Assembly: GCF_009914755.1 (NCBI RefSeq)
Contig: NC_060933.1
Direction: 5' to 3' (one strand)
Length of the DNA stretch: 64,000 bases
Origin: the human T2T-CHM13v2.0 reference genome, Homo sapiens
The notes below the pieces were generated by a model. The model was not told where the DNA came from and did not search any database. It saw nothing but the letters and a program-made list of their open reading frames with translations. Below are positions 29,700-55,805 of the stretch, piece by piece (within the stretch, counting starts at the first letter, position 1; each line of letters opens with the position of its first letter). The translations under genes and the position numbers were made by a program.

Positions 29700-31190
29700 T
29701 TAATTTAACATGTTTTTATTGAGAACTTATTAATGTTCAAGGCACTGTGAAGAAACAGAGGCGAATAAAACGGTTAACTTACCAGAGCTTACAGTCTAAG
29801 AGTTAAAACACAATTAGCCTGATACTCTGCTAGAAGTACAAAGTACTATGGGAGATCTTTGGGGTAGTTACGACTTACAGCTGGATGATTAAGAGAAGCC
29901 TTCTTGGAGGAGGTAGAATTGAACTGGCATTGTAAACTAGGTAAAATCTTTGTAGGCAGAAAGATATGTTGAAGGGAATAGCATAGGCAGTTCAAAATCA
30001 ACAGGGTTTAGGGTATATTGGGAGAAGAGTGATTCATCCACTTACAGAGCCCAGGATCTATGATGGTAGGGGAGTGGGAGATGACTGGAAAGGAAGGGCT
30101 GACCCTTTGATACCAGTCTCAGATGTTGGGACTTCATTTGGAAGGCTGTGGGAAGCCACTGAGGGCATCAACATGATTCTTTATGGAGATTAGTTTGGTA
30201 GCAGTGAGTAGAGTATTTTGGAGCCTAAATAATTTGGGACTTATAATCCAGATGAAGAGTAGTACAAGCCTCTAAGGAGTGTGATAGAAAAATATGGTGT
30301 TAGGTTGATTCCTGACAGTAGTAGGAATGGGAGTCACCCAAAGTTTCATGCTTTTGGAAATGGTGATACCAAGGAAAAGGGCAGGTCAAAAGAAGAAGGT
30401 CTGGTGGGGACAGTGACTACAGTTTAGAAATGTTGAGCTGGAGGAGTGAGCAGAACATACAGTGAAATATGTCCAACAGGCAGGTAGCAATATTTGAGGA
30501 AAGACCAGGACTTAAGGATGAGAATCACAGCTGAGAGGAGTAGTTAAGACCCTAGCGGATGAAAGGGTACAGAGTGAGAAAAGGGTGTAATGCAGAACAC
30601 TTGCAGGGGAAAGAAAAGCAAAAAACCCCAAAACATCATTTGGAGTCAGGGACAAAAGGTAGAGCTCTTGAGAGATGTTAGAGGAAAACCAGGGCACTGT
30701 ATTGGAGCAAAAAAGCACAGAGGCAGGGAGGCTTTTGTGATAGTCTGGAGATGAGGTTTTGGCCAGTTAGAGAGGCAGGAACAGGAGAGCGATGAGGTGA
30801 GAGCCACTTTGTAGGAAAAATTGACACAACTTGGTGATTAAGTAGAAAGAGGTGTCAGAGATGACTGTAGTTTTTGAGCGTGTGTGACTCTGACAGAGTT
30901 GACGTCACTGACAGAAATAGGAAACCCTGAAAAGGGAGGAGTTATAGAGGGAAGATGTGAACTTTGACTGTGGATAAAGCCAGTTTGAGGTGACTGTGAA
31001 ACCCCAAGCAAGAATGTTCAGCAGACATTTGGACATATGGGTCTGAAACTGAAGATTCAGGGCAAGAGAGAAAATGTGGATTTGGGGATCAATGGCCTTT
31101 AGGTGGATTGCACCTCTCAACATGAATAAAATTTCTGAAAGAGATAGTATAGAGAGAAAAGCAGAGGCCATGGACTGGGGATGGCTGCAA
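29700..31190 (-). mobile_element. L2 fragments
   Basis: tttattgagaacttat...aggcactgtg 3' end and purine-rich L2 body. Confidence 0.6.
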
Positions 31191-31822
31191 TTTAGTGTGC
31201 AAATTGCCCAAGTGAGGATGAATTCCTCAAGGGCAAGGAGGAATCCTGTGCCTTCGTTTTACTCTTCCCTGTCTCTGCTGAGTCCATGGAAGATGTGCCA
31301 TGAAGATTTGCAGTGACATTGATTATAAAAGTATAAGGTCTTTTATGCCGACTTTATAGTTCTGGAATAGGTGAGTTCCTGCTACTCGGGATTTATGTCC
31401 TTTCCATTTCTTACTGCCTCCCCCCTTTCCCCACGGTGCTCTTCTCTTATTCCCTCTCTCTGATCCTTCCAGCAGCAATTCGCATATCAGTTCAGAAGTC
31501 CAGTTATAGACGACTTGTCTTATAGGTATTTATCTTAAATTAAACGTTTCCATTAGTCAAGATAGTATTTTCGTAAGTAAAAGTGACTTTTTATTTATCT
31601 TTCCCAGGTAATCCAAGATTTAAGATTTATCATACTCAGTGAAACTTTTTATGAATAGCATTATATTTATCTTTTTATTTTAAGATATGGGATAATACAT
31701 TTGTTGAAATAATAAAAACCACACTAAAGTTGCATGCTGCCTAGCTATACTTTACTGTTTCATTAAAGTTGAGAATGTGGTTGAAGTTTGTACCATTGAC
31801 TCTCTGATCTGATATGTTCTAG

Positions 31823-31928
31823 GCAAGGTAAAGAATCCTGAGTGGAGCAGAAATGAAATTCCACATAGCTGTGGTGAGGTTTGTAGAAAGAAACAGCCTG
31901 GCCAGGACTGCCCACATTCCTGTAACCT
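31823..31928 (+). CDS. NFX1: NFX1 exon 5, (G)[34 protein letters not shown](L)
   Basis: Acceptor ttctag, donor ct|gtaagt; 106 nt; frame continuous. Confidence 0.96.
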
Positions 31929-32404
31929 GTAAGTTGGAATGCTAATTCCGTTGGGATTGCTGGTGGACATGCTTTGCTGGTGGCTCTAAGTAAACATACC
32001 TGGTTAGCATGTAATGGTTTGGGATGAAGGGTGATATGGGACCTCAGTAAATGGTCTCAAATCACCCTGTGCCAGGCACTCTACATCAGTTAACTTGTTG
32101 AATCCTTACCACAGCCCAGTAATAGATATTTACCATCTCTGCTTTACAGATGAGGCTCAGAAAGGCCAAGCCTCTTGCCCAGCATCACAGTGGCAGGGCG
32201 TGGATGGTGGAGCTAGGGTTTCCAAAGCCAGTGCTGCTTCCATTACATTACACTGCTTGCTTCTAAGAAGAAATGTGACTCATATGTTTTATCCCGCATT
32301 GATATCCAGGTCCAAGAGAATGTATGGGAGAACCTTCTGTCTGGGGAAAGACAATTGTTTAGGGTCCCGGTCGGACAGTATTTCCAAGATGTCAAGATGT
32401 CAAT

Positions 32405-33090
<686 letters not shown>

Positions 33091-33701
33091 AAGTAGACTG
33101 TATGCAGTCAGCTTCTAAATACCAAAAAATGCACAGTAATAGAAAAACAGTTGATCAGTTACAAATAAATTTCTACAGGCCTTAACCTCAGACAAAGGTT
33201 TAAATCTTAGGTTCAAGTTACTTAAATAGTTATGTAACCTTGGACAAGTTATTAATTTATCTAAGCCTGCATCTGTAAAATAATAATGATAGTAATAATA
33301 ACACTTATAGGGTTCTATGAAAATTAAATGAATTAGTGCATCTATGCGGCTCGATATAGAGTCTTTCTGGCAAGTGATCAAAAAATGACAATTCTTACTT
33401 TTACTACCCAAATCTAAGAGTAAACCAGACATCAGAGTGTTATCTTGGTATTTCTACTGCTTGGAGGAGGGATAATATTGGACCAGGGCCTTGTGATCAA
33501 GGCATGGTGGTGGCGCTGGGGAAATGTCAGTGGGGGTAGAGCTGTTTTAAACTGGGCTAGACAGCATGGCCTGTGATCTGCTGGGCAGTCAGATACCTCA
33601 TTCCCTTTGACTGCTCGCATAGGTCCTTCCTTAGGAAGGAGTTAAGCTATTCTTGCCATTAGTTGTCATTTTCAGTAAATTCAGTAATAAGAAGTTAATC
33701 C

Positions 33702-34001
<300 letters not shown>

Positions 34002-34269
34002 TTAATCCTCTGCATGGACTATTTTTCCAAACCCTTCATGACTACCAGAGATTAAAACTGTTGCAGATCAAGTGATCAGCACCATGTCTGAAAGAAAAGA
34101 ACACCTTAAAACCTGCTCCTGCTCTTTTGTGGCTCTGGAGCTTTCACACTTGACTTGGGAACTTTCTTTTACTTTCAGGACCATAGAAGCCCATTCCCCA
34201 GTAGCACTTTTCTGGTCTCCAAGAAAGCTTTGCTTTCTCTCATTTACACTTGTTAGGACTCAAAAGTGA

Positions 34270-34434
<165 letters not shown>

Positions 34435-35731
34435 TAAAAGCTCTCCAGGCACTTCCAATATATAGCCAGTGTTGTGGACCTCTGGTCTAAAAGTTAAGAA
34501 AACCTGAGATTGAGGAGATTGAGTCCAGGCTTCTGAGATATTTGACATAACCTAGAATCACCCACACCTGACAAGCAATGAAAATTGTTTCACCCGAAAG
34601 GATTGAGGTATATATAAAATATAACTGTTGAATAATGATACTCATCTTTAAAGAAACATGCTTAAACTTATGTCTCCTATGGGTATTGTCTATCAAAATG
34701 AGTCATCTTAGAAGACTAGACACTTGTTCCTGGATTGTTTTCAATGTTTAAACTTTATTTAAGAATTATCAGAGCTTGTTTAGGAGTTTCATAGAAACTA
34801 AACATTCCAGCCAGACCACTTTATAAGCACACTAATGTTTTACAGCAAATTCTGTTACCCATCTGATTAATTAGTCTTGGCTCTGATTGGCTTTTGATTC
34901 CCAAAGGGTTGTAATTTGCCACCTAGAATATACCCCTCCTACTCCAAAAACAGTTGTCGTAGAAGTTCCCAAAATGTTTTAAGTAGTGGTATTTCTGTAC
35001 CACTGTGTAATTTGCCAAAGTGTCTGCTTTGAAGAGGGCAGTATATATTTGAATATACAAATTCCGTATTGTAACTTTTTTCTATTGGTCTCTATAATAT
35101 AGCTCCTAAAATAGCATTTTTCAGAGGGCTAATTCTGACCTATAGCATATCACTCAGCCCAGTTCTTTCCATGACCCCCTTCCCTTTCATTCTCTCCATG
35201 TTACTCACTAGCATGCCTCCCCTCATGTCAGCCTTCTTTTCACTGTTCCATTGTTTGCCCAGTGCCTGATTATTACTTCACTAGCTGATAGTATGTCTGT
35301 ACTTCTTACGGACCAGGTAGATTTGAGTTCTATTACTTTGCTTAGACTCTGATCTTCTACAGGACCCTATTAGCCATTCTGCCTTTTACCTGAGTAGCAA
35401 ACTATTTTTATCCCCACACACTGCTGTAAGTGGGCCAAGACTGTATTTGAAAATGTCATCTTTGACTCTCAGACCCAAATATAACCAGTATTTTGACTTG
35501 GGATTTACTTCTGTGGTTAAATAGTCTGTGGTGATAATGATGTCGATTTTTTGCACATAAAAGTACAGTTGATATCTTTGTTCAAATAGTTTAATCAACT
35601 TTAAACAAATACAAAGACATGTCATAGTAGATGTATTTGTTGCCATATTCACAATAAGACCCAGCTGGGACAGCTTTGTTCGGGTTTGGATACATGGCTG
35701 TGGTTTATTCAGTGAAACCTTTCTCTTTCAG

Positions 35732-35803
35732 TCTCTGCCATCCAGGACCCTGCCCACCCTGCCCTGCCTTTATGACAAAAACATGTGAATGTGGACGAAC
35801 CAG
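35732..35803 (+). CDS. NFX1: NFX1 exon 6, [23 protein letters not shown](R) (NF-X1 zinc finger)
   Basis: Acceptor ctttcag, donor cag|gtaaag; 72 nt. Confidence 0.96.
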
Positions 35804-35922
35804 GTAAAGTTAAAATTACACCCTAAAGAAGACCTCAGTTTTCACATGCATGATTGACTTGTGAATTTCTGAAATAAAAGAATAGTAGGTAGATACAAAT
35901 AAATGGTAGGCATGAATAGTAC

Positions 35923-36038
35923 TTTTTTTTTTTCAGGAGTGAAAGTTTATTAAAAAGCTTTAGAACAGGAAGGAAAGGACAGAAGGAAAGTACAACTTGG
36001 AAGAGAGCCAAGTGGGCAACTTGAGAGACCAAATGTGC
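35923..36038 (-). mobile_element. Short polyadenylated ERV1-class LTR fragment inserted with a 16-bp TSD
   Basis: Minus strand reads ...ttctaaagctttttAATAAActttcactcctg-A11; TSD catg(a/g)atagtactttt at 35911-35926 and 36039-36054. Confidence 0.8.
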
Positions 36039-36142
36039 CATGGATAGTACTTTTCTGTAACTAGTAGTTCCCTGTGCTGCCCATGACCCTATTTTGTAAT
36101 CTTATAAGTGATTAAGAAGTTATATGCACAATGAGATTGTGA

Positions 36143-36477
<335 letters not shown>

Positions 36478-37174
36478 GCAAGGATTTTTTTTTTAACCTC
36501 TCTAAGTGGGTGACAGAACCAGGAGTTGAACCCAGGCCTAAGGAGGCTGGGACCAGTTTCCTGTGCCTAGCACAGTATCTGGCATCTAAGAGTCTTTTAA
36601 TGAATATTGTTGAATGAAAGAATAGGTGACTCCAGAGCCCACCCTTGTTCCATTATAATACAAGGTCTCCTACATCATTAGTACAAGGATTACTGATAGC
36701 TGTGGAGTGTCTCTGAGGCCCAGTAAGATCTTAAAATGATTTTTGAACCACAGGATGAGATGAATCATGCAGATTTTCGGTGAGGTGCGTTTGTTTAGCC
36801 TTTACTGAACTTATGTGGACAGCCATGTGGCCTGAGATTACATGTAAGTGTTTTGACTCAGAAAGGTCAGATCCTGGTTCTGTCACTTACTGGTTGTTGA
36901 TTCTGGGCAAGTTGCTTGGTCTCACTGAACCTCATTTTTCTTATAAAGTAGAAATAATAGTGTCTACTTCAAGGGGTTACTGTTAGCCATGGTGCTAGGC
37001 AGAATGGCAGCATAATAGGCTAGTGTTAGCCATTATGTCAAGTACTGCAAGCTGATCATTTATGTACATAACAGTGACTTTTAAAAACAAAATATGGAGT
37101 TGAGATGAGAGTCAGGGATGAAATAAAACTCTTCTTGCAGGAGAGTAGACTCCAAGTGCTTAACCATTACCCTA

Positions 37175-38080
<906 letters not shown>

Positions 38081-38279
38081 AGAAGAAAAAGAGTGGAGAA
38101 AGGGAGAGTAATTGAGAAAATAAGAATTGGAGGAGGGAGACATAGGAAAAAGTGAGGGAAATGAAGTTAGAGAAAGGCTTAGTGGGTTTTGAGGGGAGAG
38201 TTAGGGGCCGCAGTGTTAGTTTGGTTGTCCAACAGGAACTTTTACACTGATGCTGTCTTTACATCTATTGTCTTTACAG

Positions 38280-38419
38280 GCACACAGTTCGCTGTGGTCA
38301 GGCTGTCTCAGTCCACTGTTCTAACCCATGTGAGAATATTTTGAACTGTGGTCAGCACCAGTGTGCTGAGCTGTGCCATGGGGGTCAGTGCCAGCCTTGC
38401 CAGATCATTTTGAACCAGG
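38280..38419 (+). CDS. NFX1: NFX1 exon 7, [46 protein letters not shown]
   Basis: Acceptor tttacag, donor cagg|gtaagt; 140 nt; NF-X1 finger pattern. Confidence 0.96.
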
Positions 38420-38595
38420 GTAAGTGGTGGGCACACCAGCTAGCAATGCTTGTGTTCTTTTCTGGAACCTTATTAATGATTGTCTTGATAAACTTTGATT
38501 GGTGTCAGACTTTTAGTCACAAAGACCTTGAGTAGAGAGAACTGGAGATACGATGCTTAGACGGTTTTTATTATTTTACCTGCATACCAGTATAG

Positions 38596-42676
<4,081 letters not shown>

Positions 42677-43361
42677 TTATTTTATGAGTATTATTTTTAA
42701 TACCTTATTAGAAGGTTTCTATTTTATTTTTATTGTATATGTGATTTTAAAAATGTGATGTTTTTATAATACTGCATTTATTCTGATCATTAGATCTTAT
42801 ACTCTCATGCCAATTTTTAAATTTCTTTTTGGCAACGGGGACCTTTTTACAAGTGTTTTATGTAAAACCTGACATAAAGTATGAAACCTGTGCTTCTTGG
42901 GTTGAAGTGAGGATGGGAAATCCAGATGTCAACTCCTCCACCACTACTACCAGCTTAGCTTGTCTATCTCCTGTAACATCACCAGAGGACCCGCAGGAGC
43001 CTCACAGTGAATGGTGTTCAACCACGGCCTTATGGACCAGATAGTGTTCTCTTAATTTAGAGGTTGCTTCACTCTGATGCTGTTCTTGGAATGTGCTGCA
43101 GAGGCACTATGAGATATTAATAGTTTAACAAGGCTTTTTTAATTTCTTCCTATGGTAAAGCTCTTAGGCGGGTCTTAGAGCTGCTGTATGAACTATACTC
43201 ATTTCTGCATAGGTCTGATCGGTACTCTATTTGGCCTCCCAGATTACAGGCATGAGCGACTGTGCCAGGCCCGCATTTTGTATTTTCTTATAGATTATTT
43301 GTGACATTTTAAGAACCCATACATGTTACTAACGTTTTGTTTTTGAAATTTTCTCTTCAAG

Positions 43362-43461
43362 TATGCTATTGCGGCAGCACCTCCCGAGATGTGTTATGTG
43401 GAACCGATGTAGGAAAGTCTGATGGATTTGGGGATTTCAGCTGTTTAAAGATATGTGGCAA
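43362..43461 (+). CDS. NFX1: NFX1 exon 8, (V)[32 protein letters not shown](K)
   Basis: AAG acceptor with TACTAAC branch point at 43327-43333; donor aa|gtaagg; 100 nt. Confidence 0.95.
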
Positions 43462-43540
43462 GTAAGGTTTTACGTTTTCTTCAGTTGAACTAAAGCTGCA
43501 CTTTATGCAACAATTATGTAATAGTGTGTTTTCTTAACAG

Positions 43541-43758
43541 GGACTTGAAATGCGGTAACCATACATGTTCGCAAGTGTGCCACCCTCAGCCCTGCCAGCA
43601 ATGCCCACGGCTCCCCCAGCTGGTGCGCTGTTGCCCCTGTGGCCAAACTCCTCTCAGCCAATTGCTAGAACTTGGAAGTAGTAGTCGGAAAACATGCATG
43701 GACCCTGTGCCTTCATGTGGAAAAGTGTGCGGCAAGCCTCTGCCTTGTGGTTCCTTAG
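43541..43758 (+). CDS. NFX1: NFX1 exon 9, [35 protein letters not shown]...[14 protein letters not shown]
   Basis: Acceptor ttaacag, donor tag|gtaact; 218 nt; ORF track 43524..43766. Confidence 0.96.
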
Positions 43759-44139
43759 GTAACTAGTAAGCGTAAAGTTGGCTTTAAAAATATTATTGTA
43801 AATGGTTGGCAGCAGTGAGTGTTTAAGCAATGTAGAAGTAAGTGCTAGTTACAATATCAGAGGTTTCTAAATATTATGATCATATTTATGTAGGTACGTT
43901 TTCTTTCCTCCTCAACATATACTTGTGAAAACCCATACATTTGCCCAAATGATCTCTCTGATTCAGGTATTTTATTGTTAACTCTGGACAACTGTGGTGA
44001 GTTACTGTTCCATAGGGGTTATGATTTCTCTTAGGAGCCTGTACTGTAATGAACACTATATGTATTTATACCAATCCAGGGTTCAGCAAGTGTTGAAAAC
44101 CCTTTTCACATAATAGGAACATGCTAAAATAATTGTGGG

Positions 44140-44944
<805 letters not shown>

Positions 44945-46129
44945 TGAAGGTGTTGTAATTTTTCTCTCATTGACCCAGAGTCATCATTTTTATGAACTCC
45001 AGTTACTGTATTACACTGAATGCAGTGGTGCCCTTGGCCTGCTGAGGTTTCTCAGACTGATGCCCCATACCAATGAGCAGTTTGAATTGTTGTATCTGCT
45101 TGTTGAAGCTTTTTGTTGTTTATATTCTTATCAGTGCTTTTAGTATGCTTGCCTGTCTACTTTTAGTAATTCCCCCTTTCTTCTGATTTGTGGCTTCTGA
45201 TTACTTGAATATAGAAACCAGAAAAAGCTCATTGGAATTAGATACAAAGTAATACTATACTGAGCCTATCTGACTCAGTCTTTTGGGAATGTATGTCTGC
45301 AGTTTTGCAATGACTTGGCAACTTCTCTCCTGAGTGGGTGTTGAAAGGCCATGCATTTAGAAAAAAATGGAAAGTAGGCAACTGAGATTGAATAGGAAAA
45401 TTATTTCTAAAACTAACCATGTATCTTGTGAGGTAAAGCTAGAATCTTTAGGTTTGGTTTCCATTTCATCAAAAGGAGAGAGTTCACATTTCTTTCAAGT
45501 GCCAGCGTGAATCAGTGGGAACACCCTACTTAATCCTTTTTCTCAATCTGACCTTAAAATTGTGTATAGAGGAGAAGTGCTGTCTTCTTGTATTTTAATA
45601 TACATTCCAGCTGCATTAGGAAAGCCAGTCATCTGTTGGTTCTCTGCTTGCCATGAAAATGTGTTTATGATATGGAGATCAAATGACTAGTAAATCAAAT
45701 CCCCTTTCGGAAAGCACATGAGTCAGTTTTATAAGAATTTCACATATAATGACCAGAAATCCTACCCTGGCACTCATGTATCCTGTTGGTGATGAGAGAA
45801 GAAGGAAATGTGAAATGGGTAATGCAAAGGGACTTGAGCAAGAGAAGGGTAGTAACTGGCAGTAACAGACCTTGGGATGGGACAAGACCAGGTTAAGGGA
45901 TAAGAGGGTACCTGCTATACCTCAGCAGGTATCATGGAAAACCTTTAAGGAAATAGGCTGAGTTGACTGAGAAGCTCAGAGACAAGCGTGTGGCTAGCGA
46001 TAACAATGACTGTCAGGTTTGTTCAGACCTAGCTTATCTATAGAAAGCTCGCTTAGGTCTTTTGTATCTCACTCAGTAGGAAATTTCCATCCCAGAGACA
46101 CAGCTTCAGTATAAGAGACTGGATAGAGT

Positions 46130-52380
<6,251 letters not shown>

Positions 52381-52649
52381 CCAGGTGATCCCCATAGGGT
52401 CCTGGAAACAGGACTTGTCCTAAACCTAGTTTAGCAGCATGGATGCAGGCACCACCAGACATTCACAGAGCTCTAGTCAGTCAGACTGTGGATCATGGCT
52501 TCTGATTATTTATAATCCCCAGATGACTTTCAGAGTCGACAGCATTCCACTAAAGTCATCCATGGCTACAGTTTTAGGGAGATTCAAGTCTACACTGGAG
52601 ATGTGGGGCCTGAGGAAAAAGAAGATTTATTCTGTGTTTTTGTTATTTG

Positions 52650-52949
52650 TTTTGAAACAGGGTCTTGCTCTGTCACCTAGACTGGAGTTCAGTGGTGCGA
52701 TCACAGTTCACTGTAGCCTCAACGTCCCATGCTCAGGAGATTTTCCCACCTCAGACTCCTGAGTAGCTGGGACTGTAGGCCTGCATCACCACTCCTGGCT
52801 AATTTCTTGTTTTTGTGCTTTTTTTTTTTTTGGTAGACACAGGGTTTCACCATGTTCCCAGGTGATCTCGAGCTCCTGGGGTCAAGCGATCCTCCCACCT
52901 CAGCCTCTCAAAGTGCTGGAATTATAGGCATGAGCCACCACACTTGGCC
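52650..52949 (-). mobile_element. Alu (AluJ-like)
   Basis: Reverse-complement Alu. Confidence 0.92.
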
Positions 52950-53205
52950 TTTTTTTGACTTAGGCAAATCGTCGTATACTTTAAAGCATATTCCAGTGTC
53001 TAAGCTGGGCCCTGAAGTTGTCAGAAAAGGCCCAGTCTGCCAGATGAAGGGAAGATAGGGAAGAAGCATTGACTGCATACTTCCCTCAACTCTGATTCTG
53101 GAGTTGCAGGGCATGGAGGGGAAGACCAGTGTGGCTAGCAAATTTGGGAGTATGAAAATGAGTAGTTGCAGTTTTCATTTCCAGCTCTTTTCGTTTTTAT
53201 TAAAG

Positions 53206-53303
53206 ATTTCATTCATACCTGTGAAAAGCTCTGCCATGAAGGAGACTGTGGACCATGCTCTCGCACATCAGTTATTTCCTGCAGATGCTCTTTCAGAACA
53301 AAG
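53206..53303 (+). CDS. NFX1: NFX1 exon 10, (D)[32 protein letters not shown]
   Basis: AAG acceptor, donor aag|gtaaat; 98 nt; NF-X1 finger. Confidence 0.95.
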
Positions 53304-53514
53304 GTAAATCCTAAACAATGCTAGAGTTGTTGCCATCAATGTTTTCTTTAAAATGGTGATTATGGGAGGGGAGGAATCAAAATAACCTCAGTAGATTAGG
53401 TATGGGAAGTGGTTGTGGCACTCAAGGTCCAGAGGCCTATAGTGGGATAAGGCAAATATACAGATCACTCTACCAAATACAGGTGTGATAGTCTGAAAAG
53501 GGGAACAGTAGCAC

Positions 53515-54214
53515 TGTTGCAAGGAGTCAGCCAACTAAGAAGTTAGAGGAAACACAGTCCATATGACCACCCACTTGTGGCACCAACTTTTGATACCAAT
53601 TGAAAGTTCAGTGGTCCCTAAGACCACCTGCGAGGCTTGATAATTTGATAAAAGGACTCACCGAACTTGCTGGTGGTTACACTCATGGTTAGAGCTTTAC
53701 TACAAGGAGGTTACAGTTTTATTACAAGGAAAAGGATACAGATTAAATCAGCCAAGGGAAGAAGTATGTAGGACAGAGTCCAAAAAAATACCAAAGGTGG
53801 AACTTCATTTGTCCTTTCCCTGTGGAGTCAGGAAAGTATTACTCTCTCCGCTTCAGTGTGTGCCAGCATACATGGAATATTGCCAACCAGGAAAGTTCAC
53901 CCAGACCTGTGTGTTCAGTTTTTATTGGTGCTCTATTGTGCAATCATAGTTGACTGCCCATGTGGCTAATCTCAGTCTCCAGTCTCTCCCGAGGTGTACC
54001 GATACCATGTGACCCAAAACCCCTGCCCTAAAACTATCCAGTGTGGCCAGCCTGCTCCTAAATCACGTAATTGGACTATCCAGTGACTCAAGACTCCAGG
54101 CAAACAATGACACTTATATCAGGCATGGCATTCCACTAGGCTTAGAGATTACCTCTCAGAAGCCAAGCACAAAGGCCAGACTCTCTTTAAGTAAGGTTTA
54201 ATTCTTCACTGTAC
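53515..54214 (-). mobile_element. LTR, MER21-like
   Basis: tccctaagaccacc...ttgataatttg..aaaggactcac and aaggccagactctcttt..gtaaggtttaattcttcactgtaca motifs. Confidence 0.65.
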
Positions 54215-54264
54215 ATCTGTTTTGTCAGTTTCTACTTTCTGGTGAAAGCCTGGATGGTTTTTAT

Positions 54265-54787
<523 letters not shown>

Positions 54788-55520
54788 TGAGTGTTGATTT
54801 ATCCTGCTCTTTGACCTACTTAGTCATTTTAGTGTATATCAACATTTGTCCCAGTAGAGTACAAGCCAGGGTGGAGACAGAATTGTGAACCGTTGGTTCT
54901 GTTAAACACAATGCAGGGTCTGGCAGCATCTGACTTGCGAATAATTCTGAGGATATAGTCCATAAATGGGAAGCTAGTTTAATAGGAAAACTTCAGAAAA
55001 AAGGGAAAAGTAGTATAATTTATATGTTACAAAAGTTGTGTAATCATATATGGATTTTTTCCTGAAAGAAATTACAATATACATAGGATAACAGAGGCAT
55101 TTTTGAATGTCAGGTATGGGACCACTTTTGTACTTTGTAAATACTGTATTAAAGACTGAGATGCTGTGATTTGGCAATCATAAATTTAGTAATGCCCAGA
55201 GATGCTCTTTGTGATCTGTGTGACTGAAAATTGTAAGCAGGGTTGGGACATGTAAGCTGGAAGTGGCTGCTGTCAGTTTTCTTCATTCTCCCACAATCCC
55301 TCTTTCTATCTCTACGTTTTCTTGCTTCTCATTGACTCTTTGTCCTCACTCCCTCTAATAGTGGACTCCATGGCAGTGAGTGTATTCTTGAAAAGCTATG
55401 TGTAAGTTGAATTTTTGCAAGTAGAAGTCCTTAAATTGCAGGAGGAGCTCACTGTCAATACAAACTCTGTTAAACCTGTTTGACAAAGTAAAAAAAAAAC
55501 TCTTCAAAAAGCTGATAATT

Positions 55521-55805
<285 letters not shown>

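Noticed and set aside
34890-35100. Possible mariner-type (MARNA-like) remnant
   Set aside because: Resemblance from memory is too weak to call without a Dfam search
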